A DNA stretch of 64,000 bases from Flaccisagitta enflata. Lineage: Eukaryota. Positions 60,198 through 64,000 of the stretch are shown here, one piece after another. The position numbers were made by a program, and so were the translations under genes. Under the pieces are notes generated by a model, which had not been told where the DNA came from, did no database searches, and saw only the letters and a list, made by a program, of their open reading frames with translations. The DNA is taken from NCBI GenBank assembly GCA_965153355.1, contig OZ231126.1, forward strand, positions 5,270,001 to 5,334,000. The letters are read 5' to 3'. Every line of letters starts with the position of its first letter. Positions within the stretch are counted from its first letter, which is position 1.

Positions 60198-60419
60198 TTT
60201 TCTCTAGTCTTTGACTCTATCCCTCTCTCTTTCTCTTTCTTTCATCTCAAATTAATCACATCTCTCCTGTTGAAATTCATATGACAAAAGCAATTCATTA
60301 ACGGGTGGCGATCGTGGGGAAAAAAAGAGGGAATTGATGAACTTCTTTCATCATTTGGAATTGATGGTCGCCGCGCCTTGACTCGATGTTGGGAGAGGCG
60401 GGGAAGAATTTCCAGGGGA

Positions 60420-60660
60420 AACAAGGCCGGATACACGTCTACCCTAGTCGCGTGCGGGTGGGCAGGGGCTGTATTTGAAGTCTTTAGATTATTTTGGCAA
60501 AAGCTGAGAGGCTAATGACCGCAAAAACCCTGAAAAAGTGAGTGTGATGGACGGACCGACGGACGGAAGGACCAACAGACCGACGGACCGACCAACCGAC
60601 GGACCAACCAACTGACGGACCGACAAACCGACCGACCGACCCGCCTAGCACGCGACTGAA
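60420..60660 (-). mobile_element. DINE-1/HINE-like element (AGTCGCGTG subfamily)
   Basis: AACAAGGCCGGATACACG..TAGTCGCGTGC ... (GACC)n ... GCACGCGACT. Confidence 0.72.
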
Positions 60661-60838
60661 AAGATTGGAAGGGGGAACAAGTAACGCGGGGTTGCAATAT
60701 CGTCGCGGACGGATGAGCACTGAGCAGGGGCGCACTACCTCCGCATAACCGCGAAATCTAAATTGCGCAATCTCACACCTTTCAACCCTATCACCACGGA
60801 CTTGGCCGCTTCAAATAACGTTGATGCACTGTATCCCT

Positions 60839-61889
60839 TCGTCCCGCTTACCCAAAATGGAGTGAGAAAATTATGAAGATGACCGGCTTTCTTTTCTCAA
60901 AATTCAATCATCTTCCGTTTTTTTTAGCTCTTTAAGTTTCGTATAGAGATCAATGGGGAAGCAAATTTCCCCATGCTCTTTCGTTGCTAAAAAGACTAAC
61001 GATTGCCGCAGAAAATTCTTTATTAAACAAAGATCCTACACAAAACAAAGATGAAAATGTTGTGGGTGTTGTCTGTTACACAGTTGAACGATCTGAATAA
61101 TGTACAGGAAGATGTTCAAGGTATACGAACAAACTGAAGCCTGACAGTATTTCCTACAGCATTATGCAAATTAGGATGTAAAAGAAGGCTGCTACTATCT
61201 TCGCCAAAAGAAACGCGACACCTTCTACCTTGAATACTTTGACTTCTCGAGAAGCTAGAAACTTTTGTAAAAAAACAAATTAATATACTCCAAAAGATCT
61301 ACAAAATGAGTCCAATCTGGTAACTGTATCTTTAAGCGTTTAGAAATGGCAAGCAGAAGAAGGGAAATAGTCATTTTCAGAATTGATAAAAAATTATGAA
61401 AAAAAAATAGAAAAAATTTCACGTAAGTTTAACTTTGATTATCTCAGCTTCTGGAAAAGCTAAATACTTTTTCCAAAAAAGCAAATTAATCTACATCGAA
61501 AAATCTAAAAGATAAGCGCAATCTGGGTTCTGTAGCTCAAACCGTTTGGAAATGGCAAGCAAAAAAGTAGACATGTTTTAAAAATCATAGGTGGTAAAAA
61601 CTGTGGACATATGAGTAAAGGTTATCAAATCTGTTAATGAAGAAATGCTTCAGAAATTGCAATTTAGACTCACAGCCTGATTTATCTCTCATAAAAAAAA
61701 ACTAATTGACATACAAACCCTTTCAGTTGCCAAATTTTGTCAGATTATGGTCAATAAATCATATCTTTCCCACAGTGTCGCGTTTCTTTTGGCGAAGATA
61801 GTAAAGAAACGGAAGATAGACTATTTTTGAAAAAAGAAAAACGGTCAGGGCCTTGAAATTAGTCCCTCTGTTATTGGTAAGCGGGACGA
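60839..61889. mobile_element. TIR element (TCGTCCCGCTTACC termini) hosting a nested MITE
   Basis: TCGTCCCGCTTACC ... GGTAAGCGGGACGA, plus subterminal inverted similarity. TSD unclear. Confidence 0.55.
61195..61801. mobile_element. Tc1/mariner-type MITE with perfect 27-bp TIRs and TA TSD
   Basis: TA|CTATCTTCGCCAAAAGAAACGCGACAC ... GTGTCGCGTTTCTTTTGGCGAAGATAG|TA. Confidence 0.9.
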
Positions 61890-62024
61890 GAAGAAATTCC
61901 AAACTTTTGCTATGTGAAGCGCCCAAACCACGGACGGCCCAACGAACGGACGGATGGCTCTACAGACCAATGGATTAAAAAGACAAGAAAAGACTAAGGA
62001 AATAAATTGTTAAATGGAACGAGT

Positions 62025-62882
62025 CGGCCAGGAATCCCGTTGGAGAAAATCTCAATTCTAAGGGTTATGAAAAAAAAAATGGACCCATCACAAATTTTGC
62101 ATGTGGGTCCTAAAAAGCATGTAGAACAAGAATCTGATACTTATTTTGGCCTATCATGAGCCAAAAAAAAAAAAAGAAACGGTTTTTTGTGCCAAAAACA
62201 GCTATTTTTCCTTAAAAAATGGTATAAAATAAAATATTTTTGAGTTTTTTTTTACAGAAATATAAAGTACCAATAGTAATTGATATTTGAGTGAATCTAG
62301 AACAATTTTGAATAGGTCTATGAGGTTCAAAAATAGCATTAAAGTGCTCAAAAGTGGAGAAATGACCTAAAAAAAAAAAACTGATGTTTTGGAACAGTTT
62401 CTTAGGGTAAAATATGCTGTCACTGTGAATTCCATTGATTTACTTTAAAAAACATGGCCACAATAAGCGAAAACGCGAAATGGCAATATGCAAATGAGAT
62501 CTCATTTGCATATTGCGGTTCTGCGTTTTTCGCTTATCACGGCCATGTTTTTTTATAATCGATGAAACTCATACTGACAGCATATTTCACCCTGTTCCAA
62601 AACATCAGCTTTGACAATTTTTTAATTTTTAGGTCATTTCTCCACTTTTGAGCACTTTAATGCTATTTTTGAACCTCATAGACCTATACAAAATTGTTCT
62701 AGATTCACTCAAATATCAATTACTATTAGTACTTAGTTTCTGTAAAAAAAAAGTCCAAAATATTTCATTTGATACCATTTTTTTAGGAAAAATAGCTGGT
62801 CCCCTGTGCAAAAATCTGGGATGGGTCCATTTTTTTTTTTTTTTTTTTTTTTTAAGAATTTTGCAAGTGGGAATCCTGGCCG
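62025..62882. mobile_element. Palindromic non-autonomous DNA transposon with 4-bp TSD
   Basis: GAGT|CGGCCAGGA ... TCCTGGCCG|GAGT. The long inverted arms meet at a perfect 34-bp palindrome (62483-62516). Confidence 0.82.
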
Positions 62883-63282
62883 GAGTATGAAAATTGATGA
62901 TATGATCACCTCGATGCTAAGGGAGGATAGAGATTGGATGAAGAAAAGACGGGATGAGGGGGAGGGGAAATTGAGAGAGGGGAGATTAGAGAAAGGGGTT
63001 AATTGAAAGGAAGTTCATCAACGCCGTGAATTAAAACGCCGTAAATTAAGACAGAAAGAGAAAGCCATATAAACAGAATGAATAGGGAAAAGAAACAATA
63101 ACGAATTGAAAATTGGTATGAAGGAACCAAGGCTGTCTATCTGTAATAGGCGGATTTGCTTTACTGTGGGGTTCGTTACACCGGGTTGTCACGGTCCAGC
63201 GACGAAATAATGTATAGATTGGATCTATTGGTCAGGGATAAACGAAGCTAATCATCAACTTGTCTGTCTCGTCTCATTTTAG

Positions 63283-63425
63283 AAACAGTTCCATCTTCGA
63301 AGAGCGCGACGATGGTCAACCTGGATTCCAGCTCAAAGGCGAAATTCAGTTCCATCTGTACATCTCGACTTCTCCTTGTGGAGATGCCAGAATATTCTCC
63401 CCACACGAAGTCAATACGAATGAAG
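63283..63425 (+). CDS. ADARB1: ADAR2-like exon with the zinc-ligand PCGDARIF motif; the gene continues past the window
   Basis: Reads [34 protein letters not shown]. Boundaries ttttag| and |gtatgt. Confidence 0.96.
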
Positions 63426-64000
63426 GTATGTCTGTTTGCTAGGATATTCGCTGTTGATGACAATGCAATGGTGCTAATGCAATGGCAGACAGACAGACCC
63501 CAGATAGGATGCGTGTGAAAGAGTTTTAACAACTTTGAAAATGAGACCAATTTAGCGTCTATCCGTTTAGGAGCAGCTCCCATTGAAAGTTTGGAGCCAG
63601 TGCAAATACAGACGGAACACTATTTTAAGGAGAGGAGGCAGCAGAAGTTTTAGCCACCCCCCCCCCCTACAGGTAAATTGGTTTCATCAATTTACTGACT
63701 GAAAGTGGTTTTGAATATTTGGGGAGATTTGTTGTGGTGCCACCGTGGCGATTTTTGAGTTTCAATCTAGAACCCGCATATATGCCCCCTATTAACCCAT
63801 AAATAACCACCCCGCCGAGGGTAAAAAAATTGAAAAATTTGAAAATTGATTTTTTAATGAAAAAACTCAAAACAAACCAAAAAATTGTGATTTATAGTGT
63901 ATATGGACACCATTGAACACTATTCTTCCAAAAAATTTGCAAAAATTATGAGAAAAAAAATTTCAATTTTTTTGACTTTGGCAGGGTGGTCATCTAGGGG

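Overview
Repeat-rich animal (probably invertebrate) nuclear DNA with three intron-containing + strand genes. These are the 3' part of a mitochondrial DnaJ (DNAJA3/Tid1-like), a complete NDUFS7, and a large ADAR2-like RNA-editing deaminase gene that runs past the window end. Introns and intergenic DNA are full of TA- and 8-bp-TSD MITEs, DINE-1/HINE-like elements, and micro/minisatellites. The main feature is a very young, intact 17.25-kb Ty3/Gypsy LTR retrotransposon (41780-59028, minus strand; 676-bp LTRs with one visible mismatch; ATGA TSD) inserted antisense between two ADAR deaminase-domain exons. Besides gag and a -1 frameshifted pol, it carries two intact intronless cargo ORFs: a ~1060-aa protein with a DEDDy 3'-5' exonuclease domain plus an apparent second dead exonuclease fold, and a 435-aa F-box protein. 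It also has a small transmembrane ORF in its leader and several repeated RNA hairpins with compensatory changes. The cargo pair is a candidate anti-silencing module; that function is inference. All calls were made by eye from motifs, with no database searches.
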